From Candidatus Levyibacteriota bacterium (lineage in GTDB: Bacteria; Patescibacteriota; Microgenomatia; Levybacterales; UBA12049), in assembly GCA_903872785.1 (NCBI GenBank), contig CAIQLZ010000022.1:1-24963 (forward strand): 24,963 nucleotides of DNA, read 5' to 3'. The translations under genes were made by a program, and so were the position numbers. Positions 24,000-24,963 of this stretch are shown piece by piece; position 1 is the first letter of the stretch; each line of letters begins with the position of its first letter. A model generated the notes under the pieces. It was not told the DNA's origin and did no database searches. It saw only the letters and a list, made by a program, of their open reading frames with translations.

Positions 24000-24963
24000 A
24001 TGCGTAGAAGAAAGCGTTATAGAAGAAGAAATAAGATTAGGGTAAAGCTTAAAAAAGGAACTGTTTATTCTATTTTTGCGTTTGGTTTTATTATCACAGG
24101 CCTCATTTTACTTCTGTCTTTTACCAAAAACGGCAATTCTTTTGTTTTCATGAATAGTCTTCTGGAACGGTATTTTGGCAAAGTTGCTTTTTTCTTTCCT
24201 TTTGTTTTGATATTTTTTGGATTTTTATTTTTTAAATTAAAATTTTTTCTGTCAGGACTCAATGTCTCTTTGGGATTCCTGCTTTTCTTTTTGTCCATTT
24301 CTGCTTTAACAGGTTCGGGTGTGGTTGGAAAGGAACTCTTCAGAGTTCTCTCTGATATTCTGACGGATATTGGTGCGAAATTAGTCTATTTTACAGGAGT
24401 TTTGGTTGGTTTAATCGTATTTTTCAATACTTCTGTTGATCAGATTGTAAAATTTACAGAGCGTATCTTAAAAAATCTGCACAGACTTTTCCCAAGCCAA
24501 TTGCTTGGGTTTTTCAAGACTAAACCAAGATTTAAAGAAACGCAGATGAAAATAAAAGGGGGAAACAAAATTATTCCTAATTTGTCCGGAGATACTCCGG
24601 TTATTAACTCTTCAGCAATCAAAAAAGAGTCATCGCTTCTTTCAGATCAGTTGGTCAGCAATTCTTTGACAAAGGCAGGTCTTTGGGAATATCCCCCTTT
24701 CTCGCTTTTGTCTGATGCGACATCACAAAAAGCTGACAGAGGGGATATAAAGGCAATTGCGACAACAATAGAAAAAACCCTACAAAGTTTTTCTATTGGA
24801 GCAAAAGTTGTTGAGGTAAATCTTGGTCCGGCAGTTACCCAATATGCCTTGGAAGTTGCTCTTGGAACAAAATTATCCAAAATTACAGCTTTAGCAAACG
24901 ATTTGGCTTTGAGAACAGAGGCGCCGACCGGACAAATCAGGATCGAAGCTCCAATTCCTGGCA
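24000..24963 (+). CDS. ftsK: DNA translocase FtsK/SpoIIIE, N-terminal part (runs off the window; absent from the ORF track)
   Basis: Hand translation MRRRKRY..., several TM helices, then WEYPPFSLL...GPAVTQYALE...KITALANDLAL...IRIEAPIPG (motor alpha domain); follows rnj. Confidence 0.92.
   Translation, partial: MRRRKRYRRRNKIRVKLKKGTVYSIFAFGFIITGLILLLSFTKNGNSFVFMNSLLERYFGKVAFFFPFVLIFFGFLFFKLKFFLSGLNVSLGFLLFFLSISALTGSGVVGKELFRVLSDILTDIGAKLVYFTGVLVGLIVFFNTSVDQIVKFTERILKNLHRLFPSQLLGFFKTKPRFKETQMKIKGGNKIIPNLSGDTPVINSSAIKKESSLLSDQLVSNSLTKAGLWEYPPFSLLSDATSQKADRGDIKAIATTIEKTLQSFSIGAKVVEVNLGPAVTQYALEVALGTKLSKITALANDLALRTEAPTGQIRIEAPIPG

Noticed and set aside
24065-24880. Three minus-strand ORFs of 60-77 aa
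   Set aside because: They are antisense to the ftsK reading frame starting at 24000.

Overview
AT-rich bacterial chromosomal window, standard code (dnaJ and rpsO end in TGA). The compact genes, short IF2/NusA/MetRS/HrcA forms and Lys-rich tails suggest Patescibacteria (CPR), probably Microgenomates (inference, not searched). The housekeeping backbone is: partial membrane glycosyltransferase-like gene, tatD, metG, hrcA-grpE-dnaK-dnaJ under a CIRCE-overlapped sigma70 promoter, a membrane-anchored Clp/Hsp100-like ATPase, nusA-infB-degenerate DHH protein, rpsO-pnp, a protease-less Lon-type AAA+ module, rnj and partial ftsK. Two accessory blocks interrupt it. (1) Three tandem ~60-codon paralogous small ORFs lie between tatD and metG, and the third has an in-frame TAA. 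(2) A ~4.4-kb block (fic, HD-domain alarmone hydrolase-like, LMW phosphatase, 40-Cys surface protein) is bracketed and internally partitioned by five same-orientation copies of a 21-bp motif, AGTAAATTAGCCTCAAAATTG, giving a cassette-array-like layout. This is the strongest candidate for an undescribed system. Eight genes have a -10 hexamer exactly 6 nt before the ATG, implying widespread leaderless mRNAs. No rRNA, tRNA, CRISPR array, integrase or transposase was recognised. All family calls come from motifs read by eye; no database searches were run.
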